Made by a program: the position numbers and the translations under genes | Shown here: positions 24,101-34,300 of the stretch, in pieces | How the letters are laid out: every line of letters begins with the position of its first letter | Position numbering within the stretch: position 1 is the stretch's first letter | Notes under the pieces: model-generated | Databases searched by the model: none | Seen by the model: only the letters and a program-made list of their open reading frames with translations | What the model was told of the DNA's origin: nothing | NCBI GenBank assembly: GCA_964270895.1 | Contig: OZ185450.1 | Length of the DNA: 64,000 bases | From: Podarcis filfolensis | Lineage: Eukaryota | Direction: 5' to 3' (one strand)

Positions 24101-24458
24101 TCGCCTTATGTTCTTAACTTGAATAAGCCCACGGGGTGGAGAGGAGGAATGCCTTCAGACTTTGGCAGAAGGCGAGCCATGGGTGCAGCTTACCCAAAAC
24201 TCATGTCCGCTTACCGAGACAAAAGGCCTGCCCAGGCAAGCTGGTTGAGGGGAAAAGAGCACTCCACACACGCTCAGAGGCACCCTGCCCGCCCCCCGCG
24301 ACACCACTAACAGCAAGGATATCCCCGAAAACGAGACTGCCCCGGCCCGAGTCGCAGACCGTGATGCCTGGCGGCAACAGCACGGGCTTCCCATCAGGCT
24401 CCGTCAGGACATCGCGGTCGAAGAAGGCGAAGCGGCGCCACTGCAGGTAGGCCGCCAT
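12007..24458 (-). CDS. VPS11: Vacuolar protein sorting 11 (HOPS/CORVET core subunit), 923 aa
   Basis: Exons (minus): 24323-24458, 23501-23649, 22623-22758, 22219-22382, 21850-22097, 20954-21155, 20261-20412, 19403-19589, 18799-18942, 16939-17127, 15979-16140, 14887-15026, 14436-14638, 13164-13335, 12584-12806, 12007-12171, total 2772 nt. Starts MAAYLQWRRFAFFD; C-terminal RING CSIC..CGHSFHQHC..CPTC. Confidence 0.97.
12584..12806 (-). CDS. VPS11: VPS11 exon 15 (RING finger)
   Basis: 223 bp, PKIFQKTKCSIC...DQFQHQ. Confidence 0.96.
13164..13335 (-). CDS. VPS11: VPS11 exon 14
   Basis: 172 bp, VQTLAHNSTATLSVIKDYL. Confidence 0.95.
13520..13612. repeat. 93-bp direct repeat, copy 1
   Basis: Matches 14144-14236 with 5 mismatches. 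Confidence 0.92.
13616..14132 (+). mobile_element. Solo-LTR-like insert (517 bp) in VPS11 intron 13
   Basis: TG...CA ends, TATAAAA near 13703, AATAAA near 13982, G-rich body; no short TSD. Confidence 0.55.
14144..14236. repeat. 93-bp direct repeat, copy 2
   Basis: Matches 13520-13612 with 5 mismatches. Confidence 0.92.
14436..14638 (-). CDS. VPS11: VPS11 exon 13
   Basis: 203 bp, FQQIMHYHMQNEQY...MPPLL. Confidence 0.95.
14887..15026 (-). CDS. VPS11: VPS11 exon 12
   Basis: 140 bp, VKERLHNEAISLLKSG...YEQGK. Confidence 0.95.
15060..15340 (-). mobile_element. CR1 LINE 3' end
   Basis: LPHDLVMITNLNGFKKGLDTF peptide; CR1-type 3'UTR ggatcaggccaaagg..cccatccagtccag on the plus strand. Confidence 0.75.
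15979..16140 (-). CDS. VPS11: VPS11 exon 11
   Basis: 162 bp, ANPDEFIPIFANNSREL...EQDPQ. Confidence 0.95.
16268..16400. mobile_element. hAT-type MITE
   Basis: Imperfect TIRs cacatgtggggaa / ctccccacacctg; 8-bp TSD ccccacaa/ccctacaa; inverted ACTACAACTCCCA cores. Confidence 0.7.
16611..16739 (+). mobile_element. tRNA-Lys(CUU)-derived SINE with CR1-like tail
   Basis: Head resembles tRNA-Lys (cagtcggtagagcatgaggctcttaatctcaggg); tail ggtcccttccaactctacaattctatga. Confidence 0.75.
16939..17127 (-). CDS. VPS11: VPS11 exon 10
   Basis: 189 bp, NYQEALRYIGKLPFEQAE...LEGRK. Confidence 0.95.
17419..17482. repeat. Short minisatellite of (ccgcatg/ctggatg/gggtcct) units
   Basis: gggtcctccgcatgc repeated, with internal gcatgc repeats. 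Confidence 0.7.
17930..18169. mobile_element. Tc1/mariner (pogo/Tigger-like) MITE
   Basis: TA|CAGTCATACCTTGG ... CCAAGCTATGACTG|TA. Confidence 0.8.
18799..18942 (-). CDS. VPS11: VPS11 exon 9
   Basis: 144 bp, TSESEVHFDVETAIKVL...LEDIK. Confidence 0.95.
19403..19589 (-). CDS. VPS11: VPS11 exon 8
   Basis: 187 bp, TIGKLEPSYVIRKFLDAQR...EEFIK. Confidence 0.95.
20261..20412 (-). CDS. VPS11: VPS11 exon 7
   Basis: 152 bp, MLFRKNLFEMAIHLA...QQYI. Confidence 0.95.
20954..21155 (-). CDS. VPS11: VPS11 exon 6 (ends at a GC donor)
   Basis: 202 bp, SEFAGSEPQNSDKQILNIYDL...TQTKLE|gcaagg. Confidence 0.9.
21850..22097 (-). CDS. VPS11: VPS11 exon 5
   Basis: 248 bp, CYTLSVKDYPK...GPCFAFEGQK. Confidence 0.95.
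22219..22382 (-). CDS. VPS11: VPS11 exon 4
   Basis: 164 bp, FTDGSVVLTKGDITRDRH...TENIQ. Confidence 0.95.
22623..22758 (-). CDS. VPS11: VPS11 exon 3
   Basis: 136 bp, VKVWNLEKRDGGNPLCTRIF...NFMAI. Confidence 0.95.
23018..23264. mobile_element. Tc1/mariner (pogo/Tigger-like) MITE
   Basis: TA|CAGTGGTACCTC ... GAGGTATGACTG|TA; CpG-rich, internal inverted CCGGAAGT motifs. Confidence 0.8.
23501..23649 (-). CDS. VPS11: VPS11 exon 2
   Basis: 149 bp, follows an AC acceptor; (D)MEGQIWFL...EGINPL. Confidence 0.94.
23650..24322 (-). other. U12-type AT-AC intron 1 of VPS11
   Basis: 5' ATATCCTT (24322-24315), branch point TCCTTAAC (23667-23660), terminal AC (23651-23650); removal gives G|AT = Asp in FGDMEGQ. 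Confidence 0.95.
24323..24458 (-). CDS. VPS11: VPS11 exon 1
   Basis: aagATGGCG start, 136 bp. Confidence 0.95.
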
Positions 24459-24856
24459 CTTGACAGGTAGGCCCAACTCCGGAGGAGAGTCATGTGACCA
24501 TGCCACTTCCGCGTTGCTGCTCCTCTTAGCGCTGAGGCTGCTGGGATTTGTAGTTCGCCGGGTCTCTAAACCCCCGCCCTAGTGCGCAAGCGCAGAGGAG
24601 ACCCGCAGCCCTTGCGCCGCTGCCCCCTTGTTTCCACGCGGCGGTATTGCAGGCATCCCCGCTGAGCCGGCAGGCGGGTGACTGTGACTGACTGGCGGGC
24701 CGGCACAGATCAAAGAGGTGCTGGGGGTGGCCAAAGGAGAGCGCGCAGTCTGCACGTGCTCAGGAGCTCTCCGGTCGGGCCCGTCGCTGCCACCGCCACG
24801 CTAGGAAGCCCCGCCCCTCGGCCAATGACCGCGGCCGCTGCGCCCGGCGCCGGAGA

Positions 24857-24867
24857 CGTGGCCCAAT
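24857..24867 (-). promoter_or_regulatory. ERSE-II element (ATTGG-N-CCACG)
   Basis: Plus strand CGTGGcCCAAT is an exact match to the consensus in reverse orientation. Confidence 0.75.
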
Positions 24868-24894
24868 GGGGAGCGCGCGAGGGGAGCAGCCGGG

Positions 24895-24913
24895 CCAATG
24901 AGCTCGCGCCGCG
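24895..24913 (+). promoter_or_regulatory. ERSE-like element CCAAT-N9-CCGCG
   Basis: One mismatch from CCAAT-N9-CCACG, GC-rich spacer. Confidence 0.65.
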
Positions 24914-24939
24914 TCCGGCTCCGGGGAGGGAAGGAGGGC

Positions 24940-25072
24940 GGAGCGCAGCTTTCGCAAGCAGGGAGTCCGGGAGACCGGCCGGCCGAGGGGAGAGAGAGAG
25001 GGGGGCAGCCGGAGCGGGAGGGAGAGAGTCCGCGGAGTCCGAGCCCAGAGCGAGCGAGCGAGCGACCGGGCA
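24940..25072 (+). other. Probable non-coding exon 1 of HYOU1 (5' boundary approximate)
   Basis: Donor ggca|gtgagt at 25073; acceptor tcag at 25296-25297 directly before the coding ATG. Confidence 0.55.
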
Positions 25073-25298
25073 GTGAGTCCCCGGAGGGAGCGGTTGGCGT
25101 GCCGGGCCGAAGACAGCGGCGTCCCCCTTGGAGGCGCCCGGGGGTCGGCCTCTTCCGCGTGGGGGTGGGGGAACCTCTGGGTCTCCAGGTGAACCTTGGC
25201 GCCGGGCCTCGCCGCCGTTCCGGGTCTGTCGGAGGAAAGTGCCCTCGCCGCCTCGCCTTTGTTTCCACATCGGGGTTTGGCGGCCCTCGATCGTCAGG

Positions 25299-25365
25299 AT
25301 GGCTCCAGCACGCGTGTGGCCGCTGCTGCCCCTCCTCCTGCTGGCTTCCCTGCCTGCGCACTTGG
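25299..25365 (+). CDS. HYOU1: HYOU1 coding exon 1 (signal peptide [22 protein letters not shown])
   Basis: Hydrophobic core, phase-1 donor g|gtaggt. Confidence 0.88.
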
Positions 25366-28300
25366 GTAGGTGCCTCTCCCGCCCCCATGGAAGGACCTGG
25401 GAAAGATCTTGGTGGTGGTTTTGCAAGTTGCCGAAGGATCAGGCTCGCTAAGCGGAGTTGGGTAGGAGACCTTTCATCGCATGGCTCGCCTCAGAATGTG
25501 GAGTTGGAAGGAAGCACTAGGATCATCTAGTCCAGGGTTTCCCAAACTTGGATCTCCAGCTGATCTTGGACTTCCAACTCCCATCATCCCTATCCTTTAG
25601 GACCAGTGGTCAGGGATGGTGGGAATTGTAGTCCAAAGACAGCTGGAGACCCAAATTTGGGGGACCCTGATCTAGCCCAACCCCCTGCAATGCAGGAATC
25701 TCTTGCCCAACATGGGGCTCGAACCCACAAGGACTGAGCTATTCACCTAGTGATGTCTGAAAAGCTAACGTGTATCTTGTAGGTGGGCGGGACGAAACTG
25801 ACCAGCAGGAAGGTCCGAGTGTTCCTTGGACGCTTCTGTGCACACCTTGAGGTAGCCCTTAGGGTGCTGGTGGTGACAGTCTGTCATGGCCCTGAGAGTG
25901 AAACGTTTCCATTTTAGCTGGTGTTGGACTCATTATGAACTACTGGAATGCGGAAACTGGCCATGGTCCATGTGGGACCTGATGGAGCCAACTTTTCTAA
26001 AGGATGCTGCTGATGCTGCACTACATTTACTTATTTATTTGGTGGTGGCATGTTTCATTTGCCACCTCCCGCAGAAAATGTGTGTCAACATTTAAGCCTT
26101 ACAAAATGTGTTGCATAAAGAAAGGAACCAGTTGTACATTCTTGCATATCTTTTTTTTTTTTTTACCAGTCCTTGAAAAGAGGCACTTTCAGTGATGTAA
26201 ATGATAGCCCATTTTAGGTTCAGAGACCATATTAGGAGAGGTGTTGATTATGGCAGCTATTGCTATAATTTGCAGGGAGCTTTTTGGGGCCCCTGGATAT
26301 TACATTTATTGGTATTGATATGGGGTCCATTGGCCAGAATAATAGCTCCTTGTTTTTGTAGGCATCCAGCAGAGGTTCAGTTTTTTTATTCAGACCTATG
26401 CCATAACTTGTGTTTACCAAAACTAACTTTAAAGTAAATAGTCATTTTTCAAAATAAAATTGAGAACGTTGTAACCCTTTTTCCCTGGATTTTGACTCCA
26501 GATATTTATCTGCCATTTGTAACCTCTAGGCTAGGCTACTAAGTATTTGGCATGGGGGACACTATCCTTGGAGATTTCATACGTATCAGCTGGTGCAGAA
26601 TGGGGCAGGCTGTTATCAGGAACATGTTAGCGACTTGTGTGCCATTGTCTGCACCTCCAGGTAGCCTTCTATTGCAGGATTAACAATTCAACCTGGATGG
26701 CATTTGATCCTGTGTTTGAGTGGTTTGGGCCCAATGTGTCTTAAAGGTCAGGTGCCCTTTAGACCAGTACAAGGCCTCCCTTGGCTATGCTGTCAGTGCC
26801 GCATGTCCATAAGGCACATATTGACTGCCTTGAAGTCTGTTTGGAAACCACCATTCATACTGCTAGATAACGTATGTTGGACTGGGCATTATTTATTGTA
26901 TTACGCCTCTGTGATACCAACCACAGTGGCTCTCAGTCCATTTTCAGGTCCAGTTCAAGTGCTGTTTTTCACCTTCAAAACCCTTCATGTCTTAAGGGCT
27001 GGCCTATTTAAAGGACTGAGTGCTTCCATAGTACTCATTAATTCCATAAATCTAGTTTATTTTTCTTTTAGTAGCAGGAAAGATGCCTCCTAATTTCCAT
27101 GTAGACATAGTTTTAATTATTCTGGTTGTTTTATTATGCTCTTACTACTTTGTAGCTTTTAGCTTCATAATTTTATTTACATCTTGATTGTGTGTTTGTT
27201 TTTTGTATTTACTTTCTATTAACCTCCCTGGGAATATGGTTGAAGGATGCTTTAAAAATACTTAGAGATAAAGAGATGTTTTGAGACGTTTCCCTACAAA
27301 TGAGATGCTCTGAATGATACAGTACTGTGAAACTTTCTTCTGGTGGAGTCCTCCGGGTGTGCTGTAACGCATCTGTGTTTAGACTGGCTTTTTGTTTCTT
27401 ATCAGTTCAGCTAAGCATTAGAAATTGGAAGGAGGCTAGAGGGGATTGTCTGAGGTTCTTACTGGAAAAAAGTACATTTGACACAATACTTTTGTTCCAC
27501 AGATTCATTGGCTGTGATGTCAGTGGACATGGGTAGTGAATCTATGAAGATTGCCATTGTGAAGCCTGGGGTGCCAATGGAAATTGTCTTAAACAAGTGA
27601 GTAGACTAAATACTGTATTTTTCGCTCCATAGGGCGCACCGGACCATAGGGCGCACCTAGTTTTTAGACGGGGAAATCAATAAAAAAAATCTTTCCCCCC
27701 CCCCCCCCCGCCCCAAAGAGCAGCATACAGACTGCGCACAACCTCTCCCTGCCGGAGGGGTTGTGCGCGGCTATGGCACAAGCCAAGGCAGCGAGAGGGA
27801 TCCATCCCGCTCGCTGCTTTGGCTTCCTCTTTAGCCCCGCGCAATCTCTCCCTGCCAGGAGAGGCTGCATGGAGCTAAAGAAGCCATAGCCCTGTGCAGC
27901 CTCTCCCTGCAGGAGGGGTTGCGTGGGGCTCTGGCACAAGCCAAGGCAGCGAGCGGGATCCATCCCGCTCACTGCTTTGGCTTCCTCTTTAGCCCTGCGC
28001 AATCTCTCCCTGCCAGGAGAGGCTGCGTGGAGCTAAAGAGGAAGCCAAAGCTCTCCCTGCCGGAGGGGTTGCGCGTGGCTATGGCACAAGCCTGCATTCG
28101 CTCCATAGGAGGCACACACATTTCCCCTCAATTTTTGGAGGGGAAAAACTGCATCCAATAGAGCGAAAAATATGGTATGTGCTGCAATGAATGTGACTGT
28201 GGCAACAACCGTTTTGGAGGGCTTGAAACATCATAGAATTGTAAAGGTGCCCCAAGGTTCATCCGGTCCAACTACTTACAGTGCAGGAATAAATCCACGT

Positions 28301-31300
28301 CTTAGTGGTGCAGTACAGAAAATATGGGGCAGCTTCCCATAGGTGTAACTTCCTTTTGCCCTTACTTATTGTTCCCTAATCTCAGATGTGGTTATTTAGA
28401 AGAGACTCCAATGTGTTTCTCTTCACTTGTTCCAGTGCTGAATCCTGCCATTGAAAACCAGTTCTGCATTTCTCCAAGGAACTCAGAAGTTAGACCCCAG
28501 GAATCTCTGGGGCAGGGCCATTGTGCAGTGCACCTGCTTTGCTTGTAGGAGGTCGCGTATTCAACCCAAGCATCTCCTGCTTAAATTTATTAGGTACCAG
28601 ATGATAGGAACAGTGTGCCTCTGTCTGAGGCCCTGGAGAACCACTGCAGACCTGAGTCAGAAATATTGCTTCAGCTAGATGAATAAATAGCCTAGCCTGG
28701 ACAACTTCCTATCTCACCAGGAAACAGTTCTAGTTTAATTTTTCTTGTTCTAGGGAATCTCGGAGAAAAACACCAGTGGCTGTAACTCTAAAGGAGAATG
28801 AGCGCCTCTTTGGTGACAATGCCGTGGGAATGGTAAGTCCCTTAGATGTCCACTCACACATCCCCTCTGCCTTTTCTATACTTTGTACCAAGAGTATTTA
28901 TTTGCATACACAGCTTGTTCTTCTGGGTCCTATCTCTGCTGCACCTTCCTCTTTACACTTTCAGCTTCAATAACATGTTCCTCCCCACTGAGATTTGTTG
29001 AAGAGACAAATCCAGGTCCTCTTTAGCAGGTTAGCCCATGTTCCAGAGAAGGACTTTTCTAGTGCTGGCATGCGGTGACTTTTTTGGTTTTGGAAACGGA
29101 GGATCCTAAATGCCACTTTGGGTATTTTCAGTAGTTCAGTTGTTGAGGGTTTCTGGCGTGTATGCCTTTTAAAAAGAAATTTATGGGGGATAGGTGAACA
29201 TTCCGGAGGAATCAGCATGGTTGTGTGTTTTTCCTGTTTTTTTAATAGGGCATCAAGAACCCAAAAGTGGCTTTCCGGTATTTCCAGGATCTCCTGGGCA
29301 AGCACATTGATAACCCACAAGTGACCATGTACCAGTCACGGTTCCCAGAACATGAGCTGGTGAAAGATGCAAGGAGGGAGACAGTCAGTTTCAAGCTGTC
29401 AGAGTACGTTTCCACTTTGAGGTTTGCCACGTGGCACTGCTGAACAAGAAAGGCTGTGGCATCTTTCTGCAAGCCACTTTGGGAGTACTGCTGCATAGAT
29501 TTGGTTGGCCAAATGCCATGGTCAGCTTGTATTTGGTATGTGCCCTGATAAGGGGCAAGTGGTTTGTGGAAGCGATGAGGCCCACTCATGCTCAAAAGAT
29601 GCATTTCACAGCCGGGATCAGGAATTTAGAATTTATCATTCTTGTTCTTCCTTGCAGCAAATTGCAGTATACTCCAGAAGAGATCCTGGGCATGGTGCTC
29701 AACTATTCTCGGGCACTGGCAGAGGAATTTGCAGGTTAGAAATGACTCTTGAGTGTTTGAGGCACAAGAGTTGTCTTTCCTTCTTTGGTCAGCGAGGATA
29801 TGAGTAAAAATATGCCTGAACCAGGAGCTCACACAATACCTTCTCCTTATCTTACAGAACAGCCTGTCAAGGATGCTGTGATCACTGTCCCTGCCTACTT
29901 CAACCAGGCGGAGAGGAGAGCGGTCCTGCATGCAGCAAAAATGGCAGATCTCAAGGTTTTGCAGCTCATCAATGATAATACAGCTGTGGCTTTGAACTAT
30001 GGGGTGTTCCGAAGGAAGGACATCAATGCTACAGCCCAGGTGCTTGTAATTGGAGGGTGTGTGTGGCTCGGGAGGGAGGAGGTTTTTACTCAGGGCTCAA
30101 GCTCATTGTGCCTCTGTAACCTTACCTAGAAAACACAGGGAATTTGGCAGGGCAGTCTTCTTGGTCAATGAGAACTGCCTGTTTGAATCCAAACTTTTAT
30201 GTACAGATGCCGCATTCCCCTAATTCCAGCTAGCCACATACACAAGCGAGCAGGGCCTACTCACCTGTCAGTCATCTGATATTACTATGAAATCTACTGA
30301 CCAACTTATCCTTTGTAGCAAGGCAAGCTGTGTTACCAAAGCCAAGCCAAGTTTCAAGTTAGTACCTACTGGCCAATAGGCAGTGACTCCAAACCTGCTT
30401 TCTGCAGGGATTGGCTCTGTGGCTTGAGTTTCCTCTGGAGAACTTGGTTGCACATCTGAACCACTGGGCTTGGAGTCACCAAGACCATAGGTCGAGACTT
30501 GAGGCCTGTTAAGAGTTCCACATGCCTGCTTTGTCTGTCAGTTGATTGCCGTGGACAGGAAGCCTCCCTTGCCAGTGCACAATCTGGAGCATTCTTCAGG
30601 ACTCCCAGTATAGCATCTTCTCAGCTGCATCTTTACCTGTCTCCCACCTGACATCACACATGACATCTGGTGTGGGGCTGGTGGGCATACTTGGCAGAAA
30701 ACAGCCTCATGGGCCAAATTTGGACCCATGTTAGGTCTAATTAGGCCTGCGGGCTGGAGGGCTGACCCAACTCTAGACCAGATGAACAAACAGTCTGACG
30801 GCTACTACTACTACTGCTACTTCTGATGATGATGATTATATATCCCACCCATCTAACTGAGTTGCCCCAGCTACTCTGGCAACTTCATACTCTTGTATAT
30901 ATTTTTAAGCTTAGAGACGGCTGATCTGACTTCCCACAGACATTCATGTACCATCCTTCAGACTGTGATACCTCCATGCCTGCTGTTGCCTGCTGTCTTT
31001 AGCATTGGTTCTTTATTGCTTTCCAGAATATTATGTTTTATGACATGGGAGCAGGCAGCACTGTCTGTACCATCGTGACTTACCAAGCAGTGAAAACCAA
31101 GGACTCGGGAACCCAGCCTCAGCTTCAGATTCGGGGTGTTGGGTAAGAGCTTGATTCTTGGAATTAAATTTGCTAGGGAGTCAAGAGAGAGCAGGATATC
31201 TGAAGTAGAAAGGTCCAAACTGGGAGGCGTATTGCACAAAGCAGAATCAAACAAATGCATAATGGATCATGCTGGCTAGGTCCTAGCTGGAGTCAACATG

Positions 31301-34300
31301 CCTCTTCCTCCCCACCCTTCTTTTTAAAGTGATTTCCTGGGAATTGCGAATGTGGAGAATGCTATTGCATTTGTTTCCTATTTGATGGTTGCCTATAAGC
31401 CACTGTAAGATTGGGATGCTGGATTTGGATGAACGTGTGGTCTGATCTGGCTGCAGGGCTCTTGTGGAAGGATGTTTAGAAAACCAAAATGCTGGTTTTG
31501 GGGTGGGAGGGAATAGAGAGATATCAAGCTTGTTGAGAGGAGTGGTAGCTGGAGAGGTAGTTGCAGGGCTTGTTTGCAAAGGGCTGCTGGCTTGAGTAGC
31601 TGCTTCCACTGCATACCTCGTCCTCCTCAGATTTGATCGCACACTGGGAGGGCTGGAGATGGAGCTGCGCCTCCGTGACCATCTGGCCAAACTCTTCAAT
31701 CAGCAAAATCCATCAAAGGATGTCCGGAAAAATCTCCGGGCCATGGCCAAGCTGCTAAAGGAAGCCAATCGCGTGAAAACAGTACTAAGTGCCAATGCTG
31801 ACCATGTGGCACAGGTAGGTTGTGTGTGTATCATTTGGTGTGGCCTGGGTGCATGGAAAATGCCTAACCTTCGTAGTCTGCTATAGTCAATTGTAAGCAG
31901 CTATCTGCTTACATGTAGATGAAAAGCTTCTACATTTCATTAAGGTCTTATCCTGTTTTGAAGGCACAGTAGAAGCAGTGTGCTGGCTTCAGAGAGGAAG
32001 TGCTGCATGTGTCTGTGAGATAAGATGCTCTTGGTTTCTCTCCCTAGATCGAGGGCTTGCTGGATGATATTGACTTCAAGGCCAAAGTTTCACGGCAGGA
32101 ATTGGAGGAGCTGTGCTCTGATTTGTTCCAGCGGGTTGCAGGACCTGTGCAGCAGGCGGTCAGCAGCGCTGAGATCGGTTTGGTAAGTGCGGATGGTTTT
32201 GTTACAAGGTCTCTAGTTTTCACCAAACAATGTGAATTCCACAGCACAGGCCATGGTGGGAAGCACTTACTGCTCCTTCCAGGCCACCTACATCTGTGCA
32301 AGCAGAACTCTTAGATTCAGAAAGTGTAACAGAGTTCAAGCTCAGAGAGTCAGACCTTGTTATCTTTCCCCAATTCCCAGAATGAAATTGACCAGGTGAT
32401 CCTTGTCGGTGGTGCCACTCGTGTCCCAAAGGTGCAGGAATTTCTGCTAAAGGCAGTTGGCAAGTAAGCATCAGCCCAGTTTTGGTGGTACTTTCTGCCT
32501 CCCACCCCTCAAAATATTCTCTGTCCAGAGCAGGGTAGCATCTAATCATTCTTCTGTTGACAACACAGGGATGAGCTGGGCAAGAACATCAATGCAGATG
32601 AAGCAGCTGCAATGGGCGCTGTCTACCAAGCAGCTGCCTTGAGCAAAGCCTTTAAGGTGAAGCCTTTCATTGTCCGTGATGCAGCTGTTTTCCCCATCCA
32701 GGTGAGCTGTGGTTCATTATCAAGTATCAGAGTGCTGTGGATTTCAGGGAGAGGGTTGGTAAAAAGCCTGTCTCGGCATTCTGTCTCAAGTGCTGATCTT
32801 TGTCCCTTAATGACAAGACGCCTGTTGGCATGCAATTGGCTCTCCCGTGTGGTAGAATCTGGAAGAGGTACAGTCTGTTCTTTATCCTCTCCTAACCTTA
32901 GGTTGAGTTCACCCGTGAGGTAGAAGAGGAGGATAAATCCAAAAGCCTTAAGCACAACCGGCGGATCCTGTTCCAGCGCATGGCTCCATATCCCCAACGG
33001 AAGGTCATCACCTTCAACCGATACACAGATGACTTTGAGTTCCATGTCAACTACGCGGATATGGGCTTCCTGGGTGACAGTGATTTGAAGTGAGTGCAGT
33101 TGTGGGTCAGCCACAAAAAACAGAGCATTCTGGCTCTTGCTTTCCTTTTCCCTTTTGTTATGGTAGTTACAGCTGCCCGGGAGTTTGGTCTAAGGAGCGA
33201 AGAATTGATGGGGTTTGCATAAGGAATAAAAACAAAACACGACAGAGGGAGGAATAGCTGGATATTACTCTTTATTGAACATTTGATTGTTTTGAGGAAC
33301 TCTTGTATGTGGTAGCTGGAAGTCCCTTCTACTTATTATTGTTATCTTTTTCTTTATTTTTCTATTCTGTTATTATTTCCCTAAATATTCTTTCCGTTTT
33401 ATTTTCTTTGTTTTGTTTCTGCTTTGGTCTGGTCTTCTATAGTATTTTGAAAAGTCCTAATAAAATCATTTTTTAAAAAAAGGCTTAACTTGACTCATGT
33501 CCTCAGAGTTTATGATTCTGCCTGAACTCAGCTTTATGTCAGTGGCTACGGCTTTGGGAACTCGAATTTGTTCTCGGCTGTTTGAACTTGTACCCTTGCA
33601 GCTGAGTATCCAGGAAATAAAATATCTACATTACTGCCCTTCGGTGTTTCTACAAAGTTTTGTGATTTCTGTGGTAGGGCTAGAGAATGGGAACAGAAAG
33701 GAGGGGTGGTCAGCCGCTGTGCTCACCCTTCCCAATGTGTGTCCTTGTGTGGTTTCTGCAGAGCTTTTGGGTCCTTGAACCTCACAAGGGTGAAGCTGCA
33801 AGGAGTGGGCGAGAGCTTCAAGAAACATTTGGATTACGAGTCCAAAGGCATCAAGGCTCATTTCAACATGGACGAGAGTGGTGTGCTGAGCCTCGATCGT
33901 GTAAGTACCGCTTCAATGCTCTTCATCTCCCGCTCACTTGCTGGGCCTTCCAATCTCATTCTGCTCCGTGTGTTGTCTCCCAGGTAGAATCTGTGTTTGA
34001 GACTCTGGTGGAGGACAAGCCAGAGGAGGAATCCACGCTAACAAGTGAGTTCGTTGGGTTGCAGCAACAGCTCTTCTTGTACCATGTAGGCAGTTTGACT
34101 TAATCTGCCCCTTCCCAGTTTTCAGCATCACTTTGAGTCGTCGGAAATGAGACCTTTCCAACTCTTTGCCCCTCAGCTTTCCAGCCAAGCAAGCTGCGGT
34201 TGCAGGGACTGGTTCCTTGGGGTGGCGCCTCTCTGTTCTTGGCTACTTTTAGTAATCCAGTACGTTGGAGAAACAAGACAGTGTACACACCAGGACACTG

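Larger units (their letters stand above)
24460..24940. promoter_or_regulatory. VPS11/HYOU1 bidirectional CpG-island promoter
   Basis: GTCATGTGAC 24489-24498, ETS 24504-24511, ZNF143-type TGGGATTTGTAGT 24542-24554, NRF1-like 24583-24594, CACGTG 24753-24758, CCAAT boxes at 24822, 24863 and 24895. Confidence 0.85.

Noticed and set aside
24678-25530. Long overlapping ORFs (132-238 aa) on both strands
   Set aside because: Stop-poor CpG island, R/P/G/A-rich translations, no recognisable domain; only 25299-25365 is coding.
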